From: Arenicellales bacterium
Lineage (GTDB): Bacteria > Pseudomonadota > Gammaproteobacteria > Arenicellales > Poriferihabitantaceae
Direction of reading: 5' to 3'
DNA: 64,000 nt
Assembly (NCBI GenBank): GCA_963457535.1
Contig: OY734803.1
Span: 334,781-398,780, forward strand
Below are positions 1-9,113 of the stretch, in pieces (within the stretch, counting starts at the first letter, position 1; each line of letters opens with the position of its first letter). Made by a program: the position numbers and the translations under genes. The notes beneath the pieces were generated by a model. The model searched no databases. It had not been told where the DNA came from and saw only the letters and a program-made list of their open reading frames with translations.

Positions 1-1
1 G

Positions 2-1261
2 TATCTGCCGATGGCCTGGGTCGGCGACAACATCTTTTCCTACGGGCAGGCCTACGCGGCCGGGTTTTGCATCAATTGCCCGGAGAACGAATCCACGGTC
101 GCGATGGACCTGCGCGAAATCGGGCCGACCTATTACTTCGCGCCGCCGCGCGTGTTTGAAAACCTGCTGACTGGCGTGATGATCCGCATGGAAGACGCCG
201 GGCGCGTCAAGCGCGCGATGTTTTCCCATTTTATGAAAGTCGCGCGCGAATACGGCGCCGACATCATGCGCGGCGCGCCGATACCGCTGTTTGCGCGGCT
301 GCGCTACCGCCTCGGCGCGCTGCTGGTTTACGCGCCGCTGAAAAACACCATGGGTTTCAGCCGCATTCGCGTCGCCTACACCGCCGGCGAGGCCATCGGG
401 CCGGAAATTTTTAATTTCTACCGCGCGCTCGGCATCAACATCAAGCAGTTATACGGGCAGACCGAGGGCGCGGTGTTCATCACCATGCAGCCCGACGGCG
501 AAGTGCATGCCGACACGGTCGGTCCGCCGGCGCCGGGCGTGGATGTGCGCGTTGACGACGACGGCGAGGTGCAGTACCGCAGCCCCGGCGTGTTTTTGCA
601 TTACCACAAAGACGAGGCGGCGACGCGCGGGGCGAAAACCGGGGACGGCTGGGTGCGCACCGGCGACGCCGGCTACTTTGACCGGCGCGGCCACCTGAAA
701 ATCATAGATCGCGTCCGCGATGTCGGCAAACTCAACGACGGCACGCTGTTCGCGCCGAAGTATTTGGAGAACAAATTGAAATTCTTCCCGCACATTCGCG
801 AAGCGGTGACTTTCGGCGACGGGCGCGATCATGTCGCCGCGTTCATCAACATAGACCCGGACGCGGTCGGCAACTGGGCCGAGCGCAACGGCATCGCCTA
901 CGCCAGTTACCAGGAACTCGCCGCGCACGCGGAAACCTACCGCATGGTCGGCAAAAGCATAGAGCAGGTCAACCGCGATCTGGCCGCCGATGAAAAACTG
1001 CATGCCTCGCAAATCACGCGGTTTTTGATTTTGCACAAGGAACTGGACGCCGACGACGGCGAAATCACGCGCACGCGCAAGGTGCGCCGCTCCACCATCT
1101 TTGACAAATACGGCGAACTGGTGGACGCGCTGTATTCCGGCGCGGAAAACCGCCGCGTCAGCACCGAGGTGACTTTTGAAGACGGCCGCCGCGGGGTGAT
1201 TGAGGCCGATTTGCAAATCCGCACGCTGCGGCCGCATGCGCCGCGCGAGCAGGCAGCATAA
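2..1261 (+). CDS. AMP-dependent acyl-CoA synthetase/ligase, C-terminal part (5' end lies outside the window)
   Basis: ORF 11..1261 is open to the window edge. It carries adenylate-forming ligase motifs: YGQTEG, WVRTGDAGYFDRRGHLKIIDR and GEITRTRKVRR. It heads a Liv-like ABC cluster. Confidence 0.8.
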   Translation, partial: YLPMAWVGDNIFSYGQAYAAGFCINCPENESTVAMDLREIGPTYYFAPPRVFENLLTGVMIRMEDAGRVKRAMFSHFMKVAREYGADIMRGAPIPLFARLRYRLGALLVYAPLKNTMGFSRIRVAYTAGEAIGPEIFNFYRALGINIKQLYGQTEGAVFITMQPDGEVHADTVGPPAPGVDVRVDDDGEVQYRSPGVFLHYHKDEAATRGAKTGDGWVRTGDAGYFDRRGHLKIIDRVRDVGKLNDGTLFAPKYLENKLKFFPHIREAVTFGDGRDHVAAFINIDPDAVGNWAERNGIAYASYQELAAHAETYRMVGKSIEQVNRDLAADEKLHASQITRFLILHKELDADDGEITRTRKVRRSTIFDKYGELVDALYSGAENRRVSTEVTFEDGRRGVIEADLQIRTLRPHAPREQAA

Positions 1262-1275
1262 AAATTTTCGCCGCG

Positions 1276-2070
1276 ATGAACGCCTTCCCCGACTCGTCCG
1301 CCCCGCTGCTGGAAGCGAAAAACATCTCGCTGTCTTTCGGCGGCGTGTCCGCGCTGACCGGGGTGGATTGCGACATTCGCGAAGGCGAAATTCGCGCGAT
1401 CATCGGGCCGAACGGCGCCGGCAAATCTTCCATGCTGAATGTGATCAACGGTTTTTACCACCCGCAAAAAGGCGAGGTGTGGTTTCGCGGCGAGAAGCGC
1501 GGAAAGTTAAAGCCGTTTCAAATCGCGCGGCAGGGCATCGCGCGGACCTTTCAAAACATCGCGCTGTTCAAGGGCATGAGCACGCTGGACAACATCATGA
1601 CCGGGCGCATCACGCGCATGCGCGCCGGGCTGCTGTGGCAGGCGCTGTGGCACGGCCCGGCGCTGCGCGAGGAACTGGAGCACCGCGAAGCGGCCGAGCG
1701 CATCATTGATTTTCTGGAAATCCAGTCCATCCGCAAAACCCCGGTCGGGCGGCTGCCCTACGGCCTGCAAAAGCGCGTGGAACTCGGGCGCGCGCTCGCC
1801 GCCGAATCCAAACTGCTGCTGCTGGACGAGCCGATGGCCGGCATGAACCTGGAGGAAAAAGAGGACATGTGCAGATTCATTCTGGACGCCGGCGCGCAAT
1901 TCGGCGCGACCATCGCGCTGATTGAACATGACATGGGCGTGGTCATGGACCTCGCCGACCGCGTGATGGTGCTGGACTACGGACGAAAAATCGCGGACGG
2001 CGCGCCGGACGAGATTCGCAACGACCAACTGGTCATAGACGCCTACCTCGGCGCGGCCGTGCAGGAATGA
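1276..2070 (+). CDS. Branched-chain amino acid (HAAT family) ABC transporter ATP-binding protein, LivG-like
   Basis: Walker A is GPNGAGKSS and Walker B is LLLLDEPMAGMN. The LivG-type C-terminal tail is present. Its stop overlaps the next gene's start. Confidence 0.9.
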   Translation: MNAFPDSSAPLLEAKNISLSFGGVSALTGVDCDIREGEIRAIIGPNGAGKSSMLNVINGFYHPQKGEVWFRGEKRGKLKPFQIARQGIARTFQNIALFKGMSTLDNIMTGRITRMRAGLLWQALWHGPALREELEHREAAERIIDFLEIQSIRKTPVGRLPYGLQKRVELGRALAAESKLLLLDEPMAGMNLEEKEDMCRFILDAGAQFGATIALIEHDMGVVMDLADRVMVLDYGRKIADGAPDEIRNDQLVIDAYLGAAVQE

Positions 2071-3068
2071 GCCCGGGCGTTCTCAACACCATTGAAGTCG
2101 TGCTGAACGGCCTGATGAGCGGCGTGCTGTATTCGCTGGTCGCGCTCGGCTTCGTGCTGATCTTCAAGGCCTCCGGAATTTTCAATTACGCGCAGGGCGT
2201 GATGGCGCTTTTCGCCGCGCTCACGCTGGTCGGCTTTCAGACCGGGCAGGTGCCGTTCGCGCATTTGCTGAACGCGGTGTTCGGCACCGACTACCACCAC
2301 TGGTCAAGCGGCATGCACCACGCCGCGGCAATCGCGCTGACGCTGCTGGTGATGGTCGGCTTCGCGTTTTTGGTGGAGAAACTGGTGCTGCGGCATCTGG
2401 TCAACCAAGCGCCGATCATTTTGTTCATGGCGACCATCGGCCTGGCCTTTTTCATGGAGGGCGTCGGCGATTTGATGTGGGGCCCCGACCTGAAGGCGCT
2501 GGACATCGGCCTGCCGTCGGGCGGCTCGCTGTGGTGGGAGGAAGTGACGCGCGCGTGGGCCGCGCCGGGCGCCGAGTATTACGGCATGTATATTGACGTG
2601 CTGGATGTCTGGGCGACCGTCATCGCGCTCGCGCTGGTCGCCGCGCTGACCGTGTTCTCGCAATACACGCGCACCGGCCGCGCATTGCGCGCGGTCGCCG
2701 ACGACCACCAGGCAGCGCTTTCCGTCGGCATTTCGCTGCGCGCGATTTGGGTCATCGTCTGGTCGATCGCCGGCATGGTCGCGCTGGTCGCCGGCATTAT
2801 GTGGGGCGCGAAATCGGGCGTGCAATTTTCGCTTTCGCTGATCGCATTGAAGGCGCTGCCGGTGCTGATCCTCGGCGGCTTCACCTCCATTCCCGGCGCC
2901 ATCATCGGCGGCCTCATCATCGGCGTCGGCGAAAAATTGTTTGAATACACCATCGGCCCGATGATCGGCGGCGCCACCGAAAACTGGTTCGCCTATGTGC
3001 TCGCGCTGTTCTTTTTGATGTTCCGTCCGCAGGGCCTGTTCGGTGATAAAATCATCGAGCGGGTTTGA
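2067..3068 (+). CDS. HAAT-family ABC transporter permease, LivH-like
   Basis: 333 aa polytopic hydrophobic protein with the LivH-like C-terminal motif GGFTSIPGAIIGGLIIG. It overlaps the upstream ATPase gene by 4 nt. Confidence 0.9.
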   Translation: MSPGVLNTIEVVLNGLMSGVLYSLVALGFVLIFKASGIFNYAQGVMALFAALTLVGFQTGQVPFAHLLNAVFGTDYHHWSSGMHHAAAIALTLLVMVGFAFLVEKLVLRHLVNQAPIILFMATIGLAFFMEGVGDLMWGPDLKALDIGLPSGGSLWWEEVTRAWAAPGAEYYGMYIDVLDVWATVIALALVAALTVFSQYTRTGRALRAVADDHQAALSVGISLRAIWVIVWSIAGMVALVAGIMWGAKSGVQFSLSLIALKALPVLILGGFTSIPGAIIGGLIIGVGEKLFEYTIGPMIGGATENWFAYVLALFFLMFRPQGLFGDKIIERV

Positions 3069-4486
3069 TGAACATGAAGACCAACTCCCTTTATTACGGC
3101 GACTGCCTGGAAGTGATGAAGCCGTGGCCCGACAAGTCGGTGGATCTGATTTATTTGGACCCGCCGTTTAACAGCAAGGTGCATTACAACGTGCTGTTCG
3201 GCAGGGGCAGGCACGGGGAAACCAAAAATGATCTGGCGCAGATGACCGCGTTCTCCGATGTGTGGGAATGGGACATCGACGCCGAACAACGCGTCGCCAA
3301 CATCGAAAATGCCATTGCCCACCCGGCGCATGCGGCCATTTGCGCTTTCCGCATGCTGTATCCGCAAGGCAGCGGCCTGCTCTCGTACCTGTCCTACATG
3401 GCGGAACGCATCGCCGAAATGCGGCGCTTGCTGAAGCCGGGCGGCGGCATCTTCCTGCATTGCGACCCGACCGCCAGCCACTATCTGAAAATCATCATGG
3501 ATGCGGTGTTTGGCAGCCCGAATTTTCGGAATGAAATCATTTGGTGCTACACCGGGCCCGGCTCGCCCAAAATGCGCCAGTTCAACCGCAAACACGACAC
3601 TATTTTTTGGTACAGCGTCGGGAAAGAATGGACTTTCAATCCTGATTCCGTCCGCATGCCTCATGTCGGCGGCAAACCGCATGTCGGCGGTTTTGGGATG
3701 GACAAAGAACTGGCGGAAGAATACGGGCAAAAAGGAAAAGTGCCGGAGACTTGGTGGCAAATCGCCATTGCGCCGCGCAGCGCAAAAGAATACCTCGGCT
3801 ACCCGACGCAAAAACCGATCGCTCTGCTGCAGAGGATTATTGCGGCGGCGTCAAACCCGGGGGACATCGTGCTCGACCCGTTCTGCGGCTGCGGCACCAC
3901 CATAGACGCCTCCCACCGCCTGCGCCGCAATTGGATCGGCATTGACATCTCAAGTTACGCGATTGAGGTGATTCGCCGCGAGCGGATGAAAGACCTGGAG
4001 ATTCCGCTGGAAGGCATGCCGCGCGACCTGGAGGCGGCGCGCCATCTCGCCCAGGGCAAGCCGTTTGAATTTGAAAAATGGGCGATCACGCGCATTCCCG
4101 GTTTCGCCCCGAACACCGTGCAGCGCGGCGACAGCGGCATCGACGGGCGCGCGCTGATTTACGGCCTGCCGAAAGCGGACGCGCTTTGCATCGCGCAAGT
4201 CAAAGGCGGCAAACCCGGCATAGACGCGCTGCGCGCATTCGCCGGCGTCATCGACGCCAACAGCGCGGCGGTCGGCGTATTCATCACATTAAATGAGTGG
4301 GACACGCCCGAAGTGAAAAAATGCATCGCCGGCGCCGGCACGCTGAAAGTCGGCGCCGCTTCCTACAACCGTTTGGTGATGTATTCCATCGAGCGCCACC
4401 TGCGCGGCGACAGCGCGCCCCTGCCCCCCCTCGCGCACCCGCGCACCGGGCTCCCCTTTCAGGCCGAATTGCGCGCCTCCGGATAG
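3068..4486 (+). CDS. Beta-class DNA methyltransferase (DPPF ... FCGCGTT motif order) fused to a C-terminal Mrr/PD-(D/E)xK-like nuclease domain
   Basis: Motif IV (LIYLDPPFNS) is near the N-terminus and motif I (VLDPFCGCGTTIDA) is later in the protein. The C-terminal part has GDSGIDGRAL ... CIAQVKGGK, resembling the Mrr catalytic core. The ATG at 3068 overlaps the livH-like stop (TGATG), and the gene stops 4 nt before the livM-like ATG. Confidence 0.85.
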   Translation: MNMKTNSLYYGDCLEVMKPWPDKSVDLIYLDPPFNSKVHYNVLFGRGRHGETKNDLAQMTAFSDVWEWDIDAEQRVANIENAIAHPAHAAICAFRMLYPQGSGLLSYLSYMAERIAEMRRLLKPGGGIFLHCDPTASHYLKIIMDAVFGSPNFRNEIIWCYTGPGSPKMRQFNRKHDTIFWYSVGKEWTFNPDSVRMPHVGGKPHVGGFGMDKELAEEYGQKGKVPETWWQIAIAPRSAKEYLGYPTQKPIALLQRIIAAASNPGDIVLDPFCGCGTTIDASHRLRRNWIGIDISSYAIEVIRRERMKDLEIPLEGMPRDLEAARHLAQGKPFEFEKWAITRIPGFAPNTVQRGDSGIDGRALIYGLPKADALCIAQVKGGKPGIDALRAFAGVIDANSAAVGVFITLNEWDTPEVKKCIAGAGTLKVGAASYNRLVMYSIERHLRGDSAPLPPLAHPRTGLPFQAELRASG

Positions 4487-4490
4487 CCGC

Positions 4491-5567
4491 ATGTTCTACC
4501 GAGAAACCGGCAACTTCCACACCAGTTACGCCGCCGACCAGCAGACTTTTCCGCTGCGCTTTGACCGCTGGGCGGCCGGCGCGGCGGTCGCGGTCGCGCT
4601 TTTCGTGGTGCCGTTTGTCATCAACGACTACTGGGAAAAATCGGTGCTGGTGCCGTTCCTGGTGTGGTCGATGGCCGCGCTCGGGCTGAATATTTTGACC
4701 GGCTATTGCGGCCAGGTCAGCCTCGGCACCGGCGGTTTCATGGCGGTCGGCGCGTATGCCTGCTACAAACTGATGACCGCCTTCCCCGAGATGAACATGT
4801 TCGTGTGCGTGCTGCTCTCCGGCGGCGTCACCGCCGCGGTCGGCATGATCTTCGGCCTGCCCAGCCTCAAGATCAAAGGCTTCTACCTGGCCGTGGCGAC
4901 GCTCGCCGCGCAGTTTTTTCTGGTGTGGCTGTTCAACAAAGTGCCGTGGTTTTACAACTACTCCGCCTCCGGGCAAATCACCGCGCCGGCGCGCGCGGTT
5001 TTCGGCGTGGAAGTCACCGGCCCGGCCGCGCAGGCATGGGCCTCCTATCTTTTCTGCCTGCTGTTCGTCCTGCTGTTCGCGCTCATCGCGCGCAACCTGA
5101 CGCGCGGGCGCGTCGGCCGCTCGTGGATGGCGGTGCGCGACATGGACATCGCCGCGGAAATCATCGGCGTGCCGCCGCTCGCCGCCAAACTCTCGGCGTT
5201 CGCGGTCAGTTCGTTTTACATCGGCGTCGCCGGCGCGCTGTTTTTCGCGGTCTATCTCGGCGCGGTGGAACCGACCGAGGCGTTTGGCATTGACAAGTCG
5301 TTCCTGGTTTTGTTTATGATCATCATCGGCGGGCTCGGCTCCATCCTCGGCTCGTTCATCGGCGCGGCGTTTTTGACGCTGCTGCCGGTGCTGATGAAAA
5401 ATGTTATGGTGGGCATGCTCGGCTGGCCGCCCGACCTGGTCGCGCACATCATTCTGGTCATGATCGGAGCGCTGATCGTCTTTTTTCTGATAGTGGAGCC
5501 GCACGGCCTCGCGCAACTGTGGCGAATCGCGAAAGAAAAACTGCGGCTGTGGCCGTTCCCGCACTGA
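4491..5567 (+). CDS. HAAT-family ABC transporter permease, LivM-like
   Basis: 358 aa polytopic membrane protein with LNILTGYCGQVSLGTGGFMAVGAY, typical of LivM-type permeases. Confidence 0.9.
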   Translation: MFYRETGNFHTSYAADQQTFPLRFDRWAAGAAVAVALFVVPFVINDYWEKSVLVPFLVWSMAALGLNILTGYCGQVSLGTGGFMAVGAYACYKLMTAFPEMNMFVCVLLSGGVTAAVGMIFGLPSLKIKGFYLAVATLAAQFFLVWLFNKVPWFYNYSASGQITAPARAVFGVEVTGPAAQAWASYLFCLLFVLLFALIARNLTRGRVGRSWMAVRDMDIAAEIIGVPPLAAKLSAFAVSSFYIGVAGALFFAVYLGAVEPTEAFGIDKSFLVLFMIIIGGLGSILGSFIGAAFLTLLPVLMKNVMVGMLGWPPDLVAHIILVMIGALIVFFLIVEPHGLAQLWRIAKEKLRLWPFPH

Positions 5568-5639
5568 CAATTCCGTTCATGCATTCATGCGCGGCATTTT
5601 CCAAAATCATCCAGCAATCACCAAGCCCCGGAGGCAACC

Positions 5640-6944
5640 ATGAAACTTGCAACCCAACGCGTCACTCTGAGCGCCGCGATTCTCGCGCTGCTCGCCCCGC
5701 TGTTCGCCGCGCCGGCTTCGGCCGAACTGTTCTTTCCGGCGCTGAGTTACCGCACCGGCCCCTACGGGCCCAACGGCATTCCGTTCTTTGACGGCTACGC
5801 CGACTACTTCACGCTGCTGAACGAGCGCGACGGCGGCATCGGCGGAGTGCGCGTGCGCGCAACCGAATGCGAGACCGCCTACAACACCGAGCGGGGCGTG
5901 GAGTGCTACGAGTCCACCAAGGGGCAGGGCGCGCTGTTCTACCAGCCGATGTCCACCGGCATCACCTACCAGTTGATTCCGAAAGTGGCCGTGGACAAAA
6001 TCCCGCTGTTCACCATGGGTTACGGCCGCACTTCGGCGGCGAACGGGCGGGTCTTTCCGTGGGTGTTCAACTTCCCCGGCACTTACTGGGACGCCGCCTC
6101 CATTATCGTCAAGCACATCAAAGACGAGGAAGGCGGGAGTTTGCGCAACAAAAAAATCGCGCTGCTCTACCACAACTCCGCATACGGCAAGGAGCCGATT
6201 CGCACGCTGCAAACCCTCGCGGAAAAACACGGCTACGAACTGATGCTTCTCCCGGTGGATCATCCGGGGCAGGAGCAAAAATCGCAGTGGCTGCAGATTC
6301 GCCGCGAGCGCCCCGACTATGTGGTGATGTGGGGCTGGGGCGTGATGAACCAGGTCGCCATCAAGGAAGCCTCCAACATTCGCTTCCGGATGGACCGCTT
6401 CATCGGCGCGTGGTGGTCGGGGTCGGAGAACGACGTGCTTCCGTCAGGCGCCGGCGCGCACGGCTACAAAGCGGTCACCTTCCACGGCGTCGGCCGAAAC
6501 TTTCCGCTGTATGACGACCTGAAAAAATACGTGGTCGCGCGCGGCAAGGCGTCCGGCGACGGCAGCCACCTCGGCACGGTGCTCTACAACCGCGGCGTCT
6601 ACGCCGCCCTCCTCGCCTCCGAAGCCGCGGCCGCCGCGCAGCGCATTCACGGCACGCGCGACATCAACTCGGAGCAGATGCGCGACGGAATGGAGGCGCT
6701 GAAACTCACCCGCGCGCGCATGGCCGAACTCGGCATCCCCGACTTCGGCCCCGAAATCGCCGTCAGTTGCGCCAACCACGGCGCGCCCGGCCTCGGCGCC
6801 ATCCAGCAGTGGAACGCGCGCACCAAGTCGTGGAAACTGATCACCGGCTTCCGCGGCGCCGACCGCGCGGTGGTGGACCCGCTGATCGAGGAAGATTCGG
6901 CGGCCTACGCGGCCGAAAACTCCATCACGCCGCGCGACTGCTGA
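5640..6944 (+). CDS. Periplasmic substrate-binding protein of the Liv-like ABC system (type I periplasmic binding fold)
   Basis: N-terminal signal peptide MKLATQRVTLSAAILALLAPLFAAPASA. Its size (434 aa) and position inside the Liv-like operon fit this role. Confidence 0.85.
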   Translation: MKLATQRVTLSAAILALLAPLFAAPASAELFFPALSYRTGPYGPNGIPFFDGYADYFTLLNERDGGIGGVRVRATECETAYNTERGVECYESTKGQGALFYQPMSTGITYQLIPKVAVDKIPLFTMGYGRTSAANGRVFPWVFNFPGTYWDAASIIVKHIKDEEGGSLRNKKIALLYHNSAYGKEPIRTLQTLAEKHGYELMLLPVDHPGQEQKSQWLQIRRERPDYVVMWGWGVMNQVAIKEASNIRFRMDRFIGAWWSGSENDVLPSGAGAHGYKAVTFHGVGRNFPLYDDLKKYVVARGKASGDGSHLGTVLYNRGVYAALLASEAAAAAQRIHGTRDINSEQMRDGMEALKLTRARMAELGIPDFGPEIAVSCANHGAPGLGAIQQWNARTKSWKLITGFRGADRAVVDPLIEEDSAAYAAENSITPRDC

Positions 6945-7015
6945 GTTCGCGGCACAAAGGGGCGGGTATGCGCCTGCCCCTTTTCGCCCGGCGCGGCCAA
7001 CCGCAGACAACGACC

Positions 7016-7825
7016 ATGCCGCCCGGCGTCGCCTTGCGTGTCAAAAACATCGAGGTCATCTATGACCGCGTGATTCTGGTGCTGAAAGGCGTCTCGCTGG
7101 AAGTCGCCGAGGGCGGCATCGTCGCGCTGGTCGGCGCGAACGGCGCCGGCAAGACCACCACTATCAAGGCGATTTCCAACTTGCTCGGCACCGAGCGCGG
7201 CGAAGTCACCAAAGGCTCCATTGAATTTCGCGGCGAGCGCATAGAGCGGCTGAGTCCGGCCGAGTTGGTGCGCCGCGGCGTGGTGCAGGTGATGGAGGGG
7301 CGGCACTGCTTTGAGCATCTGAGCGTGGAGGAAAACCTGCTGACCGGCGCCTACGCGCGCAAACAAAACCGCGCCGAGATCGCGCGCGACCTGGAACTGG
7401 TCTATGAGTATTTTCCGCGCCTGCGCGAGCGGCGCAAAAGCCAGGCCGGCTACACCTCGGGCGGCGAACAGCAGATGATCGCGCTCGGCCGCGCGCTGAT
7501 GGCGCGCCCGAACATGATTTTGCTGGACGAGCCGTCCATGGGACTGGCGCCGCAATTGGTGCGCGAGATTTTTGAAATCGTCAAGGCGCTCAACCAGCGC
7601 GAAGGCGTCGCCTTTTTGCTCGCCGAACAAAACACCGCGATGGCGCTGCGCTACGCGACCTACGGTTATGTGCTGGAAAACGGCCGCGTGGTCATGGACG
7701 GAGACGCCGAGTCGCTGTCGGTGAATGAGGATGTGAAGGAGTTTTATCTCGGTGTCGGCGGCGAGGGCCGGCGGAGTTTTCGCCAAGTGAAGCAATACCG
7801 CCGGCGCAAACGCTGGCTTGCCTGA
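7016..7825 (+). CDS. HAAT-family ABC transporter ATP-binding protein, LivF-like
   Basis: Walker A is GANGAGKTT, the signature is YTSGGEQQM and Walker B is ILLDEPSMGL. The ORF track starts at 6767, but that extension overlaps the binding-protein gene. The ATG at 7016 (alternative 6968) fits better. Confidence 0.9.
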   Translation: MPPGVALRVKNIEVIYDRVILVLKGVSLEVAEGGIVALVGANGAGKTTTIKAISNLLGTERGEVTKGSIEFRGERIERLSPAELVRRGVVQVMEGRHCFEHLSVEENLLTGAYARKQNRAEIARDLELVYEYFPRLRERRKSQAGYTSGGEQQMIALGRALMARPNMILLDEPSMGLAPQLVREIFEIVKALNQREGVAFLLAEQNTAMALRYATYGYVLENGRVVMDGDAESLSVNEDVKEFYLGVGGEGRRSFRQVKQYRRRKRWLA

Positions 7826-7832
7826 GCCGCGC

Positions 7833-9113
7833 ATGCGCGAATTTTTCGACGAACTGGAAACGCGCGACGCGCAAACCCGCGACGCGCAAACGCTCGCCGC
7901 CATCGCCGCGCAGGTCGGCCACGCCGCCAAAAACGCGCCGGCCTACGCCGAGATTCTCGCCGGCGCCGACCCGCGCGCGCTGACTTCCGACCCGCGCGCG
8001 CTGACTTCCTTTGACGCGCTCGCCGAATTGCCGCTGACGCGCAAATCGGAAATCGCGCGGCTGCAGCGCGCGGCGCCGCCTTTCGGCGGGCTGAGCGCGC
8101 GCCGCCCCGGCGAACTGCAGTATCTGTTCGCCTCACCGGGACCCATTTACGAACCGGCGGCCGCGCGCGCCGATTACTGGCGCTTTGCGCGCGCGCTGTT
8201 CGCCGCCGGGTTTCGCGCCGGCGATGTCGCGCAGTGCTGCTTCTCCTACCACCTGACGCCGGCCGGCGCGATGGGCGATTCCGGCTGCCGCGCGCTCGGC
8301 TGCGCGGTCATTCCGGCCGGCACCGGCCAGAGCGAACAGCAGGCGCAAACCATGGCCGACCTGAAAGCCGACGGCTACATCGGCACGCCGTCCTTCCTTC
8401 GCATCATTTTGGAAAAGGCCGATGAGACCGGCGCCGATGTGTCGGCCCTTCGCAAGGCGCTGCTCTCGGGTGAAGCGCTGCCGCCGGCGCTGCGCGGCGA
8501 ATTCGCCGCGCGCGGCATCGGCGCGCTGCAATGCTACGCCACCGCCGACCTCGGATTGATCGCCTATGAATCACGCGCCGACGACGGGCTCATCATAGAT
8601 GAAGGCGTGCATGTGGAAATCGTATCGCCGGACGGCGCGCCGCTGCCCGACTTTGAAACCGGCGAAGTCGTGGTCACCACTTTGAATCCCGACTACCCGC
8701 TGATTCGTTTCGCCACCGGCGATTTGTCCGCGTTCATGCCCGGACAAAGCGAATGCGGCCGCACCAACCGCCGCCTGCGCGGCTGGCTCGGGCGCGCCGA
8801 CCAGACCGCCAAGGTGCGCGGCATGTTCATCCACCCGTCGCAAATCACGCGAGTGCTGCAACGCCGCCCCGAAATCGCGCGCGCGCGGCTGGTCATAGAC
8901 TGGCACGAACAGCGCGACCGAATGACCCTGCACTGCGAGCCCAAACCCGACGCGCGCGCCGACGACGCGCTTGCCGCCGCCGTCGCCACGAGCATCCGCG
9001 AAATATGCAAAGTGCGCGGCGAAGTTCAATGGACAAAGCGCGGCGCGCTCGCCGATGATGGCAAGGTGATTGATGACATTCGTGATTACCGGAATGAGCA
9101 GACGGGGAAATAA
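7833..9113 (+). CDS. Phenylacetate-CoA ligase-like (PaaK / F390-synthetase family) adenylate-forming enzyme
   Basis: The N-terminus (FDELETR ... LPLTRKSEI) and the core (YIGTPSFL, LSGEALP, RGMFIHP) resemble PaaK-family ligases that accompany Liv-like ABC clusters. The ATG at 7833 lies just after the LivF-like stop. Confidence 0.75.
   Translation: MREFFDELETRDAQTRDAQTLAAIAAQVGHAAKNAPAYAEILAGADPRALTSDPRALTSFDALAELPLTRKSEIARLQRAAPPFGGLSARRPGELQYLFASPGPIYEPAAARADYWRFARALFAAGFRAGDVAQCCFSYHLTPAGAMGDSGCRALGCAVIPAGTGQSEQQAQTMADLKADGYIGTPSFLRIILEKADETGADVSALRKALLSGEALPPALRGEFAARGIGALQCYATADLGLIAYESRADDGLIIDEGVHVEIVSPDGAPLPDFETGEVVVTTLNPDYPLIRFATGDLSAFMPGQSECGRTNRRLRGWLGRADQTAKVRGMFIHPSQITRVLQRRPEIARARLVIDWHEQRDRMTLHCEPKPDARADDALAAAVATSIREICKVRGEVQWTKRGALADDGKVIDDIRDYRNEQTGK
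7860..7889 (+). repeat. In-frame 15-bp tandem duplication (2 copies, 14/15 identical) encoding TRDAQ-TRDAQ
   Basis: Read directly: acgcgcgacgcgcaa / acccgcgacgcgcaa. Confidence 0.9.
7968..8009 (+). repeat. In-frame perfect 21-bp tandem duplication encoding DPRALTS-DPRALTS
   Basis: Read directly: gacccgcgcgcgctgacttcc occurs twice back to back. Confidence 0.95.

Noticed and set aside
6767-7015. N-terminal extensions offered by the ORF track. Affected ORFs: 6767 for the LivF-like gene, 18712 for the acyl-CoA synthetase, 26967 for the Rieske oxygenase, 30824 for ProX copy 2, 30323 for the membrane subunit, 31806 for the flavoprotein, 53609 for the AapM-like gene, 55183 for the AapP-like gene, 37203 for pgk and 45577 for the CheW-like gene.
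   Set aside because: The extensions overlap upstream genes, are Arg/Pro-rich and lack homology-like sequence. Internal ATGs give canonical N-termini and ATGA/TGATG coupling with neighbours.
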